Made by a program: the position numbers and the translations under genes. Shown here in pieces: positions 26,748-39,775 of a DNA stretch of 64,000 nt. Numbering within the stretch: position 1 is the stretch's first letter; each line of letters begins with the position of its first letter. Source of the stretch: the human T2T-CHM13v2.0 reference genome, Homo sapiens; assembly GCF_009914755.1 (NCBI RefSeq), contig NC_060937.1. One strand, 5' to 3'. The notes under the pieces are model-generated. The model ran no database searches. It was not told the origin of the DNA and saw only the letters and a list, made by a program, of their open reading frames with translations.

Positions 26748-27225
26748 TGTATTAGTTTCCTATTGCTGCTGTAACACAGTGCCACAAACTTAGTGGTTTA
26801 AAACAACATAAATTTATTCTCTTAAAGTTCTGGAGGTCAGAAGTTCAAAATCACTCTGACTGTGCTGAAATCAAGGTGTTGGCAGAACTGCATTCCTTCA
26901 TGAGGCTCTCTGGGAAAATTCATTTCCTTGCCTTTTCTACTTCTGGAGGCCACCTGCACTCCTTGGCTGTGGCCGCTTCCTCCATCTCCAAATTCAACAG
27001 CATAGCACCTTCTAATCTCTCTTCCGACTGATCCTTCTTCCTCCCCTGATAAGGACCCTAGGGATTACGTTAGGCCCACCTGAATCATCCAGGACCGTCT
27101 CCACATCGCAAGAGCCTTAACCTAGTCGCATCTGCAAAATCCCTTTTACCAGGTAAGTAATATTCACAGATTTCTGGAATTAGTACATGGACATCTTTGA
27201 GAGGCTCTTTTTCCTGTCTACCACA
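26748..27225 (-). mobile_element. MLT1C-like solo LTR
   Basis: tgtattagtttcctattgctgctgtaac...gtctaccaca; TSD aagac/gagac. Confidence 0.9.
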
Positions 27226-27584
27226 GAGACATTCAAGGCAAAAAGCACTTACCTGGCAAGCTTTCTCCTCTAATGCCTCCTCATAACTTAACCTTTTGCA
27301 ATCTGAGCAAAAGCAGAACTGAACCCATGCCTAAGGGCTCTATGCATACAAGGGTACAACACAAGCTGCAGTTGGAGGAAAAAATCAACAAAACCCTCTG
27401 GGACCTGAGATCAACCAAAAATAAAAGAACGGGTCACCTTATCCAGTTTCAGGTGCCCCCTGCTTCCCTGCCCAAAAAATGAAAACTTAAAGCCTTTCTT
27501 TTTAACAAAACAATGTTGTTAACGTTTTATTTTTCCCGGCGAAAAGTTCAGCCTTGACATTTTCCATGCTGGTATCTGAAGATA

Positions 27585-27950
27585 TCAGGGTCAGTTTGTA
27601 TATTCTGGGAAGCGGGTGTGAAGACAGAATTAGGGGTGAAAACACTTATTGAGGAAAAGGCCTATGAAGGATTAACTGGCAAGGGAACAAGAGGAGGCTG
27701 GGAGAGCCTTCAGACCAAGGCACAGGTCTGATATCTGTGGAAGGTTGTCTAGAAAGAGGCTCTGGCTTCAGTACAGCTTTGGGAAAGTCACAGCCAGGCT
27801 AGTGGGGAGCTCCAGAGAAAAGCGTGCTCTTTCAAGGAGGGCCAAGCTCTATTTCCCCACGACGCTCAGTCTTTGGCCTGGAGCAACCCAAGGGAACATG
27901 GCTGTGGTGTGAATGCCGACGCAAAGGTGTGGCAAAGCTGGACGCCATCC
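27585..27950 (-). mobile_element. MLT1 (J-like) LTR
   Basis: ggctgggagagccttcagaccaaggcacaggtctgatatctgtggaagg; boundaries approximate. Confidence 0.6.
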
Positions 27951-29383
27951 ACTACCTTTTGTATAACAGGTTCTTTCTGAAAAAGAGATCTGAGCAGCAC
28001 ACCTCCATGAGGGCCAGGATAGGTCACCACCTTTATGGATATGATAATTATGAGAGAAATTTTCTTATCCACAACCTTTCAGAGACCGACTATAATGTGT
28101 AAAATCTTAGTAATAATGAGGCTTTTTTCCCTTAAACGCTTCTGTTGTTTTTTTTGTTGTTGTTAATTGATGAGCCATTCTTCTAGAATCTTCTTTGTGA
28201 GATTCTTTGAAAGTAAGTTTATATCCTTCTTAAATGGCTTTGTCTCAGAAACTTCCCTCGACATTGTGTGGTAATGAAGAGCAGTGGCGGGAAGGAGAAG
28301 AAACTAAGAAGAAACTGAAAATATTGCAACAGATGAAGGAATTTTTTACTTGGTCAAATGTACTTATTATATTTGAGCTGGGCCTGTTATAGTGCTTGTT
28401 CCCATAATGCCATGAGCATCATGAGGGAAAAGTGCTCCCCTGAAGATCTCTGAGCTGCACAAACTGTCTTCTTCACTCCATCCCAAGACTCAGGAGGCTG
28501 CAGGGCTGAAGGGGCTCCTGGTAAGTATGTGTTTATGCCCAGCTTATTCTAAAGAGGATTTGAGGAGGGGATGAAATACTCAGAACATGAATAAACTATA
28601 AACTAAAAATGGTCTGCCAGTGTAAGATTTTATGGACAATCAGTTTAAAATAGTGCCCTTACAGAATGGCAAATTCAGAAAGGAGGCTAGATAGAAGTGC
28701 CACCTGGGGGAAAGAGAGGGAGGGAGTGGTCTGTCCCACCTCTAGCACATTCTCTACAGGTAAGACATATCCTTTCTTTTACAACCTCACTGTACTTTGA
28801 AGATGGCCTTGTAGCTTAGGTGCTCAGTATATACATTTACCCAGTTGAGCTCTGTAGACAAGCTCCTCTTTTAAAATGCTAACCTTAAAATCATGGAGAG
28901 ACTTCAGAGGAAATAGTAAAGTACGTGATACATCAGAAGACAGATCAGGAAACAAATAGAAAAGAGGTTAAAGGGTTGGGTTTTACTGGTGATTTCCCCA
29001 TCAACTAGCAGCACAGCCTTTTCCCCTTCCCCTGCGTTTCAGGATCCAGGGGTAACTGGAGAATGAGATAAGCCAAGGTGGGGTTGGGGGACAGTGGGGG
29101 AAGCAGCAAGAGAGGTGAATGGAGAGATAATAGCCAAGGTATTCAAAGTCATTGGGATGGGAGATGATGAAAAAGGATATAGAAAAAGGGGAAAAACTGA
29201 GGGGGATGGAGAGAAAAAAAGAAATGCTGACTTGACTGTTTTACCTTTGTTCTTATTTGCTACAACCTCTTCTCACATCTTAAAATATTCCTTTGCATGT
29301 CACTCCTGTCCTACTTGGGCAGCACCACCTGGGCACTTAATCTTTATTGGTAAAACAGACAAAATAGAAGAGAATACAACAAT

Positions 29384-29860
29384 ATGTCAGTCAGGGTCCA
29401 ACCAGGAAACATAGAATTAAAAATAGAGGGAATTTAATGCATCAAACTTGTTAACAAGTAATGAAGGTGGCTGAGAATCAAATGAGAGAACAGTGAAACT
29501 ACAACCAGAGATGAGCAACAACAGTAAGTTGCTACCACCCCTAGGTTGGAAGGACAAAAGGAAGAGAAAGTATTCCTAGAGCTTGGAGCCTAGTGCAACT
29601 AGGGCCATTCAAAACCTGTCCTGTGAAGCTGGACAGCTACGAACACTGGTAGAAACACAGTCAAGACAAAGAGGCAAGGGAGAAATATCATCGCTTCTCT
29701 CTCTTGCTCTTCTATCTTCCTCCAAAGCCTCCCACTGGCCAGACCTAGCTAGAAACCAGCTGACAAGAAGGCTCAGGAAATGCAGACTTCAGGAGTCAGC
29801 CCCCTGCACTACAGAGAAGGACTGAGAAAGGGCAGGACAAACAAGTCCAGGACACACTCA
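29384..29860 (-). mobile_element. ERVL-class LTR (LTR33/LTR41 group)
   Basis: tgtcagtcagggtccaaccaggaaac...cctcccactggccagacctagctagaaaccagctgacaag...ggaaatgcag. Confidence 0.6.
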
Positions 29861-29894
29861 AGCCACTTGTTCTGCCCAACTCCCAAGAGCCATC

Positions 29895-30370
29895 TGTGAT
29901 GGTTAATTTTATATGTCAACCTGACTGGGCTAAAGGATGCCCAGATAGCTGTTCAAACATTATTTCTGGGTGTCTGTGAAGTTGTTTCCAGAAGAGGTTA
30001 GCAGTTGCATCAGGCGACTAAATGAGAAGAACTGCCCTCGTCAATGTGAGTGGGCACCATCCAGTCCACTGATGGCATAAATAGAACAAAAATACAGAGG
30101 AAGGATAAATTCACTCTCTCTTCTTGAGCTCAGACATTCGTCTTCTCCTGGCCTCAGACATCATAGCTCCTGGTTCTCCAGCTCCCCTGAATCTCAGGCC
30201 TTCAAACTCAGACTGAATTGCATCATCAACTTTCCGGGTTCTCCAGCTTGAAGAATGATTATGGAACTTCTCAGCCACCATAGTTGACCGAGGCAATTCC
30301 CATAATAAATCTCCTCTTATGTATTTACATATATTGTATCCTGTTTCTCAGGAGGACCCCAAAGAATATA
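29895..30370 (+). mobile_element. MLT2 (C/D-like) ERVL solo LTR
   Basis: tgtgatggttaattttatatgtcaacctgactgggctaa...; exact TSD ccatc on both sides. Confidence 0.9.
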
Positions 30371-30566
30371 CCATCTAATTAGCTTATAAGGGAAGGAAAT
30401 TATTTGTGAACGAAGGGATTGTCCAGTAGACAGAAAGGACACACAGGTGGGAACTTTCTTCCTCATGTGTCAAAGCTGCATTTTCAATAAGCTGGATTCA
30501 GATAAAGTTATGTAGCCATAAAAGGACATATATAAACAGTTCATGTGCTCTATGTGAACAGATTGT

Positions 30567-30860
<294 letters not shown>

Positions 30861-32070
30861 TGAACAGATTGTCTTTACAATGCTTCTTCAAAAGTCAGTA
30901 GCTCAAGACTTTGTAATTATTCTTTCCAAGAAACAATATTATGTAATTGTTCATTGCCAAGTAAACATTCAGAAGCCATTTTGAATCATATTATATACTA
31001 ACTATATTTTCCAAAGCATGGGATCTTTCAAAGGAATTTCATACCTCTTCAGGATTTAAAACAAGATGGAATACTAAAAATATTAGAACTCTCAAGGACA
31101 ATGAGACTAAATATTTGAAATTATACAGTTCTTAATTTTTTTTATTTTTTTAAATTTGCCCATAGGGATGCAGTCCTTAAAATTTTTAAATTTCAGATCC
31201 TTGCACCAATGTTACACTTGTTCCTGATGTCTAAGTACAGCATGTGTCTATAAATAGAGCATGTCCTATAGACATTACAGTCCAACTCAAAACACCAATA
31301 AAACACATCTCTAGCCCGTAGGAAATTCACCATGGATTTCTTCATCAGGTGTAGTTTCCCTTTGGAACCGAGGATCAGGACAGATAAAAGAACACTTGCC
31401 TTAGATAAACACCACCTTCATCTATGTCTGAGAAAACGGGTTAAAACTAATACAGTCCTGATTTATGTTGTAGAGCCTTAGGAGGCTGCTCAGAAACCAT
31501 GTCAGCGGACTGACAACATCTATCTTCAAGTCAAGTCACAACTTGAGACACTGTTAGGAGGTTTCACTTTTGTGTCACCATCCTTGGATCACTATTCCTG
31601 GGCTTCTTTATCTGGATTTCATCCTGCTTCTTTTCCCGTGGGCCTAGATCAACTCCAGATATTCAGGCTCCTCTTGGTCACAGAATGCTTTGAACTCCTT
31701 TCTGGCTTTCCTTCTCTGATTCTCTGTTTCCTCCGGTTTGGGTCCTGATCATGGCGTCACACTCCTGATTCATATGACTGACTTCATCTCCTCCTGCTCG
31801 TCCCAGTGGACTTCCTTATCCCTGAGCAGGCTCCCAGCTCCGACCCCTCCTGGCTTGCCCACCCCTATCCCGTTGTCCCTACAACATGTCTCATATTTGC
31901 ATAACTGCAGATAACTCTCCAAGCCAAGGATAACAATGGGAGCACTGTCATGTGACAATGTCATCCACTTAGTACTGGCTGCTTGAAACCCAGTTTGGGA
32001 AAGTATTCTGAGGGAAGGGTGCAATGCATACCATGACTGATAGACAAGACCTGCTATGGGCAAGGTACTT

Positions 32071-32150
32071 TTAGATTGGTTTAAAAGTAATTGCAATTTT
32101 TGTCATTGAAAGTAACAGCAAAACCCACAATTACTTTTGCACCAACCTAA
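32071..32150. mobile_element. MADE1 (Hsmar1-derived 80-bp MITE)
   Basis: ttagattggtttaaaagtaattgc...caattacttttgcaccaacctaa-TA; palindromic. Confidence 0.9.
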
Positions 32151-32716
32151 TAATGATAATGCCAGTAAGAGCTTCTAACGTTTGGATGCCTGCTGTGCAC
32201 AAAGCCCTGGGCTAAGCATTTGTCTGCATTTTTATTTAAACTTCAGGATAAAGAAAGTGATGTTCCAGTAGTTAAGCAACTTCCTAAGGTGATACAGTTA
32301 GTAAGGAGAAAACCCAAGACTTGAACTCCGGTCTGTCTCATGAAGAACTCAGGCTCCTGGGTCAAACAGTTCTTAATATTCTGCATAAGACACCCAAGGA
32401 CACCTATTTTTGTGGATTGGATTGGGAAAAGCCTCCTCATTCAGTATGTGAGCAATCATCGGTAAACCATGTGTTTGTCAATTGAGATCTACCTGTTCAG
32501 TCATATAAGGAAACTGGAAAAATGCACAAACAATGTGGTTGGGCATTAAATGAAAGAGTTTAATGGAAAGACATGGTAAGAAAGATCAAGAGGAGACAGT
32601 AGCTGAAATCCTTTTTTAAATCTCTTGAGTTAGACACACTGATATGCCGAAACTTGAAGTCTACCCACTCCAGGTACAGTATTCCTAGGAGGGAAATGCT
32701 GCAAGGGAGCTTCAAC

Positions 32717-32815
32717 TTCAGTATCTGCTCACTATCAGGGATTTCTCTAGGTCTACTCAAACTTTCAGTATCTACTCACTATCAGGGATTTCTCTAGGTC
32801 TACTCAAACTTTCAG
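32717..32815 (+). repeat. 47-bp tandem duplication (about 2.1 copies)
   Basis: ttcagtatct(g/a)ctcactatcagggatttctctaggtctactcaaact twice, one mismatch. Confidence 0.95.
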
Positions 32816-33636
32816 CTTCATGTGATGGCACCCAGCCAGGAGAATCTCAAGGGAACCCAGAGAGGGTAGGAAGTGATACAAAATCTGGATCTGGCTCTAC
32901 TCATCAAGCTATGTGCTCTGGTCTGGGCTCCATCAGCCTGGAGGATAGTGCCTTTTTTCTAAGTGGCCCACCCAGGGCACACTTTTTAAAATTCAGGTGC
33001 TAGCTACTGCCCTGCTGGAAGTCTCCCATTTTTGCATTCGTGGCTTAACCGACCTCCTTTCTTTGCCTCTGTCTCCCTTCACTAGACCAGATTTTGTCTA
33101 TTCTATAGTTCTTTAAATATCTCTCTGGGAGTTGAATGGGATAGAGATGTGGTTTGTTTATGTTGTTACTTTTTCATTATTTATTATTTTTATTATTTAC
33201 TACTCATGAACAGCCTCAATAAAGAATTTGGTAGAATCTCTGGAAATTATATTGATGTTTCTGAAAAATATTTTTTCAGAAATACATTGAATGGTTATAG
33301 TAGATCAAAATGGCATGTTGGTAGATTTCTGAAAGAATCACAGAGAAATGGAAGGAAAGTTTTGTGTAATGATTTGTCTTTTCAAGATTACAAAATTCCA
33401 GAGAGATAGCCATTCTCCACTGCACAGATCTGCTTCAGTGTTTAATAGACTCCTTACCAGCAGGGGAGACCAAAAAAACAATCCCACAATTACAGAGCTT
33501 CTGCTATATTTAAGGCTCTGTACTTAGCATAAGAAACACAAAAATGCAATAGCCTGCCTTTCAAAGATCTTCACAAAGGACTCCCAATGGCTAAGTGCTG
33601 TGTGAATCAATGACCCAGGTTCTGTTTTAGTTTTTT

Positions 33637-33932
33637 TTTTTTTTTTTTTTGAGACAGAGTCTTGCTCTGTCGCCCAGGCTGGAGTGCAGTGGCACGATCT
33701 CGGCTCACTGAAAGCTCCGCCTCCCAGGTTCACGCCATTCTCCCACCTCAGCCTCCCTCCCGAGTAGCTGGGACTACAGGCGCCCACCACCACGCCCAGC
33801 TAATTTTTTGTATTTTTAGTAGAGACAGGGTTTCACCATTCACAGGAGGGTCTCGATCTCCTGACCTCGTGATCCGCCCGACTCGGCCTCCCAAAGTGCT
33901 GGGATTACAGGCATGAGCCACCGCGCCCGGCC
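33637..33932 (-). mobile_element. AluY-type
   Basis: aagctccgcc and gttcacgccattc diagnostics; TSD ctgttttagtttttt; variant tttcaccattcacagga; extra TCCC. Confidence 0.95.
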
Positions 33933-34617
33933 CTGTTTTAGTTTTTTAAGACACCATATTGCTTTGTTCAAGACAATATTTATTGATTTTGATTGATTGG
34001 ATCCCTACTCCCATAATATCCAAATATATGGTTAATTATTCTGCTCCATAAATATTAATTGCTTAAGCTATTGAATTACAACAACATTTCATCATTCTAA
34101 ATGGCACCCAGATATGGCACTGAATGGTTTAAAAACAAGGACAGATGGCTCAACATCTTTATTCGATAAGAAGGAACTACCTTTTTCACTTTCCCTGCTG
34201 GTCCTTCCTTTATCTCATCACCAGAGGAATATGGTAGAGTCTATTATTGGGGACAATTCAACTCCACCCACTGTGCTGCACTCCCAAGTTCTCCACAAAA
34301 AGTTACCGGCAATCAAACACTCCTGGGTCACAGTTACAGCAACATGGTTGTGCAGGGAAGAATCTCAGAAGTCACACCCAATACGCAGAACACAGACAGG
34401 CAGGCTGGCATGAGGCTCATCTGGTTTAGTTTTAACCTATTTAACCATCACTTGTCCAGCCCACTACTTTTTGGCCCAATGCCCTTATTTCTTCTTGCTA
34501 GATTCTAAGTCCTTGGCCACAGTTGAAAAAGCTCTCACCACAGATGTTTCCATGGATAGTGAATCCAGAGGAACCTCAACACTCTTTGCAATGTTGACTT
34601 CCTCATAAATTAGGGAA

Positions 34618-35850
34618 TCATTTATGTATTCAGCAACTACATTTAGAGCCTTCTTAGGCTTTGAAGACACAACAATGAATAAGAAAAACTCATAGCAGAA
34701 AGGGGAGTCAGATAACATGCAATGGTAGTGCTACAAACAAATATGGAGCAATGTATGATAATGAAGGAGGAGATGCTACTTCAGAAAGGGTTAGGACTAA
34801 AGATATCTCTGACAATGTGATATTATCGCAGACAGCTGAATGTGTGAGGTAGTAAGCCATAAGGCTATCGGGGGCAATAAACTTTCCTAGGCAGAGAACA
34901 GCAAATGCAAAGGTTCTGAGGCAAAAGCGGGCTTGGCTAGGTCAAGGAACAACCAAGAGACAGGGGGCTGGGAGGAGGTGACAAGGCTAATAGCAGGAAA
35001 ACTAGTTAGGGGACACTTGCAATAACCCAGGAAGAGATCATGGTGGCTTGGACCACAGCGACAGCAGTGAGGTGATGTGAAGTGGTTAGATTCTGGATTT
35101 GTTTGGAATGTGGCACCAATTGGATTTGCTGGTGAATTGATTGGATGTGGGGTGTGAGATGAAGAAAAACTCAAGAATGACTTCATATTTGGGGCATGAG
35201 CAGCAGGAAGGATGGAGAAAGGATCAAATTTGGGAGTGGAAAATTTAGAAGTTAAGTTTGGTAAATGTTAAGTGTGAAATGCCCAGTTAGCCATTCAAGG
35301 GGAGATATTGAGTAGAAGCAACAAGACAGCAGCCTGCCAGAAGTCGTTAAAAACTGAAGAAAGAAGAGGTGCTGTTTTCAAATGTTGTTGAAAGAGTCAG
35401 TCAAATAAGAAATGAAAGTGAGCTTTAGATTGGCAATTTATGGGTCATTATAAGAACTTTAAATGTTCATTGTAAGGTCATGAGAACCATTGATTAGAAT
35501 TATTCCAATGGAGTGATAGGGTGAAAGGCTGATTGGAATGGATTCAAGAGAGAATGGGAAGAGACAGAAGAAGAGATGATGGGATGGAATAAGAAACTCT
35601 GTCAAACAGTTTTGCTGAAAATGAAAGCAGGAAATGTACTAGTAGTTGGAGGGGGAGCTGGAGGTTCTGGGAGGATCATTTCAGGATGGAAGACACCGTA
35701 ATTTCCTTGAGCACTAATGAGAATGATCCAGTGGAGAGGAGAAAATTGATGATGCATGAGAGGAGAAGGAAAATTTCTGGACAATATTCCTGACTAGGAT
35801 TGAGGGGAGGAGGTCTGTGTGCAGGTGGTAGGTTGGCCTTAGACAGGAGT
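34618..35850 (-). mobile_element. L2, about 1.2 kb
   Basis: ggcagagaacagcaaatgcaaaggttctgaggc, agatcatggtggcttggacc, aattggatttgctggtgaattg, gtggagaggagaaaattgatgatgca. Confidence 0.85.
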
Positions 35851-35899
35851 TCCAGTGGGGCTCTTATCTTCCCACCCTAAGAATAGATGGGAGTCTCTT

Positions 35900-36330
35900 A
35901 CTGAAATTTGTTCACCCACCCATGTTTTTAATTTTTGCCAAAAGAGCAAATAAAAAGTGTTATCTTATTGTTTTAACTTGCATTTTTGTGATTACTGAGG
36001 AAATTGAGCCCTTCTTCATGTATTTGTCATCCATTTGCATTCCCACTTCTATTTATATCCTTTGTTCATTTTAAATTGTCTTTCCTTTTGACTAGCAAAT
36101 AATAACACATTCATGATTTTTGACACTGCAACTTCTTTCTCCTGGTTTGGCATGAGTCCGTTAAATCTATCAAAGTGTGCTGTGTTAAACAGAAATGTTT
36201 AATTTTTACCTAGTCAAATCTATCTGATTTTTACTTCATGGTGTAGGTGTTTTTGAATCACAAGGGTATTCTCCTACATGTACTTTTATTAGGTTAACAA
36301 ATTTACCATTTGCCTCTTTAATGCACTTGA
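35900..36330 (-). mobile_element. Old L1M fragment
   Basis: tcttattgttttaacttgcatttttgtgattactgagg...ttttacctagtcaaatctatc. Confidence 0.6.
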
Positions 36331-36421
36331 ATAACACTATTAGTTTGTCTATTAGATAAACTAGGGGTTCAAGAAGGTGAAAATTGAGGTTGAAGAATAC
36401 CTACACATGCACATTTCTAGC

Positions 36422-37009
36422 TGTGATGGTTAATATAAGATGTCAACTTGCTTGGATTGAAGGATGTGAAGATGGCTGGTAAAGTATTGTTTCTGGGTGT
36501 GTCTGTGAAGGTGTTGCCAGGGGAGATTGGCATTTGAATCAGTGGACTGGGAGAGGAAAAGCCACCCTCAGTGTGGGTGGGCACCATCCAGTCGGCTGCC
36601 AGCATGGTTAGAACAAAGCAGAGGGAGGAAGGTGGGATAAACTGGCTTACTGGGTCTTCTGGCTTTCATCTTTCTCTGGTTCTGGATGCTCCCTTCCGCT
36701 CCTCCTGCTCTTGGACATTAGACTCCAGGTTCTTTGGCCTTTTGGCTCTGGGACTTGCTGGGGGTCCTCAGGTCTTTGGCCACAGACTGAAGGCTGCACT
36801 GTCAGTTTCCCTGATGTGAGGCTTTTGAACTCAGACGGAGCCACTACCGGTTTCTCTCTTCCCCAGCTTTCAGAAGGCCTATAGTGGGACTTTGCCTTGT
36901 AATCATGTGAGCCAATTCTCCCTGATAAACTCATATATAAATATATGCGTTTGTATATATACACACAATATAGCCTACGAGTTCTGTCCCTCTGGAGAAC
37001 CCTAATACA
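36422..37009 (+). mobile_element. MLT2B-like ERVL solo LTR
   Basis: tgtgatggttaatat...gttctgtccctctggagaaccctaataca; TSD ctagc on both sides. Confidence 0.9.
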
Positions 37010-37029
37010 CTAGCTTTCCAATACTACCA

Positions 37030-37810
<781 letters not shown>

Positions 37811-38446
37811 TATGATTGTGTAACTGTTAGTTCAAGTCCACAGAGAAGAAGATGCCAAGACAGGACTAGAAATGCAATCCTCCCTGTTAGGGAAAATGCC
37901 AAAGAAGGGTAAAAGGGAGGGAGTCCCAGAAAGTCAGGAGAACCTTGAGCCTATGATGCAGGCTGACACTTTGAAAAGGGGGAAGGAGGGACTGAGTAGG
38001 ATCCAAACTATTATTTAGGAAGAATGTTCCAGGACAAAGAGGAGCAAATACAAAGCCAGAGAGGAGAGAGGGCTTATGAAACATTTCATGACATGCAAAG
38101 GTTTCAGTATAGCAGGAGCATCATGCAGGGAGCTCTAAATAGCGAGGTAGGAGGAGATTGAACAGGTCAGTAAGGGCACCGTTACAAAAGGCTTTACATG
38201 CCATCCAGGAAAGAGTTTGAATTTTAACCTGAAAGCAATGGGAAGTCATTGACTGATAGCTTCTGAGAAAACATTTACTCAACAAGTATTGGAGTACATA
38301 CAACATCCTAGTCACTCTGTGGCTACCTCAGAACAGGACAGACACAGACCCCGCCTTCCTGCTTCAATCGGGATTGGCGAGCAGGAAACATAGGTTTTGG
38401 AGCAGGGCCAATCAGTAGATACTAATGTGGAGAACTGCAGGTTACA

Positions 38447-38482
38447 AAAATGAAGCCATGTGAGAAAATGAAGCCATGTGAG
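38447..38482 (+). repeat. 18-bp perfect tandem duplication
   Basis: aaaatgaagccatgtgag twice. Confidence 0.9.
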
Positions 38483-38532
38483 TAAATGAATCAAAAGACT
38501 CAACCAAAGGCAGAGCTCCACAGTGTATCAGC

Positions 38533-38650
38533 AGGGCCTGGACTAGGGTAAGGCAAGTAAGGTTCCCAGGGGTCAAAATGTAATGAGGTGCTCACTCTTA
38601 GGCTCATGCAAGTGCAGGATTGATGCCTGAGAATGAGTACCTCCTTATAT
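38533..38650. mobile_element. MER96-like hAT MITE, truncated
   Basis: cagggcctggactagggtaaggcaagtaagg...gctcactcttaggctcatgcaagtgcagg...gagtacctcctt. Confidence 0.65.
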
Positions 38651-38654
38651 TATT

Positions 38655-38951
38655 CTTTTTTTAATTTTAATTGTAGAGACAGCATCTCACTCTGTTGCCC
38701 AGGAGAGAGTACAGTGGCACCATCAAGGCTCACTGCAGCCTCAACTTCTCAGGCTCAAATGATCCTCCCATCTCAGCCTCCCAGGTAGCTGGAGGCATGT
38801 GCCACCGTGCCTGGTTAATTTTTGTATTTTTTGTAGAGACAGGGTTTTGCCATTTTGGCCCAGCTTGTTTCAAACTCCTGGGCTCAAGCGATCTGCTTGT
38901 CTCAGCCTCCCAAAATGCTGGGATTACAGCTGAAAGCCACTGTGCCCAGCC
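38655..38951 (-). mobile_element. AluJ
   Basis: gctcactgcagcctcaacttctcaggctcaa...ccactgtgcccagcc. Confidence 0.9.
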
Positions 38952-38959
38952 TCAGTTTT

Positions 38960-39775
38960 ATTTTAAATAATAGTTTTATTAAGATGTAATTCATATGCCA
39001 CATAATTCATCCATTTAAAATGTGAATTTCAATTTTTGATAAATTCACATCCATCACCACTAGATAACTTCACAACATTTCCATTATCCCTCCCACACTC
39101 TCCCTATATCTCTGACAACCACTAATCTATTTTCTGTCTCTATGGATTTGCCTATCTGGACATTTCATATAAATGAATTCAGACAATATGTCTGGCTTCT
39201 TTCACTTAGCAAAATGTTTTCAAGGTTCATCCATGTTGAAGCATGTATCAATACTTCCTTCCTGTTTATGCTGAATAATGTTCCACTGTATAGATATATC
39301 TTTTGTTTATCCATTCATCAGTAAGTAGACGTTTGGGTTGTCTCTACTTGTGGCTATTATGAATACTGCTACACGAACATTCATGGACAAGTTTTCATAT
39401 GGACATTAGTTTTTATTAGGTTGATGCAAAAGTAATTGCAGTTTCTGCCATTACTTTTAGTGGCAAAAAACAGCAATTACTTTTGCACCAACTTAAATAG
39501 CTCTCTTGTGTATATACCTAGGAGTAGAACTGCTGGGTCATATAGTAACTCTAGGTTTAGCTTTTGAAGAACTGCCAAAGTATTGCAAAGCAGCTGCACC
39601 ATTTCACTTTACCACCAGGAATATATGAGGGTTCCAGTTTCTCCACTTCCTCATCAACACTTGCTATTTTCCATCTTTTTCACTATAGCCAACCTAGTTA
39701 GTGTGAAGTGTTCTCACATCATAGTTTTAATTTGCATTTTCCTAATTACTAATGATGCTGAGCATCTTTCCATGT
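38960..39775 (-). mobile_element. L1MB-like 3' end
   Basis: ttttattaagatgtaattcatatgcc...tctgtctctatggatttgcctat...atacctaggagtagaactgctgggtca...gatgctgagcatctttccatgtg. Confidence 0.85.
39416..39496. mobile_element. MADE1 MITE nested in L1MB
   Basis: TA-ttaggttgatgcaaaagtaattgcagtttctgccattacttttagtggcaaaaaacagcaattacttttgcaccaacttaa. Confidence 0.92.

Noticed and set aside
28430-28770. Consensus donors CTG|gtaagt (28521) and CAG|gtaaga (28760)
   Set aside because: No clear matching acceptors; such motifs are frequent by chance.
32717-32815. Repeat resembling a CRISPR unit
   Set aside because: Head-to-tail with no spacers, two copies only, eukaryotic context, no cas genes.
34485-34718. 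77-aa ORF with protein-like composition
   Set aside because: Its N-terminal part lies in an L2 3' end; no homology recognised.
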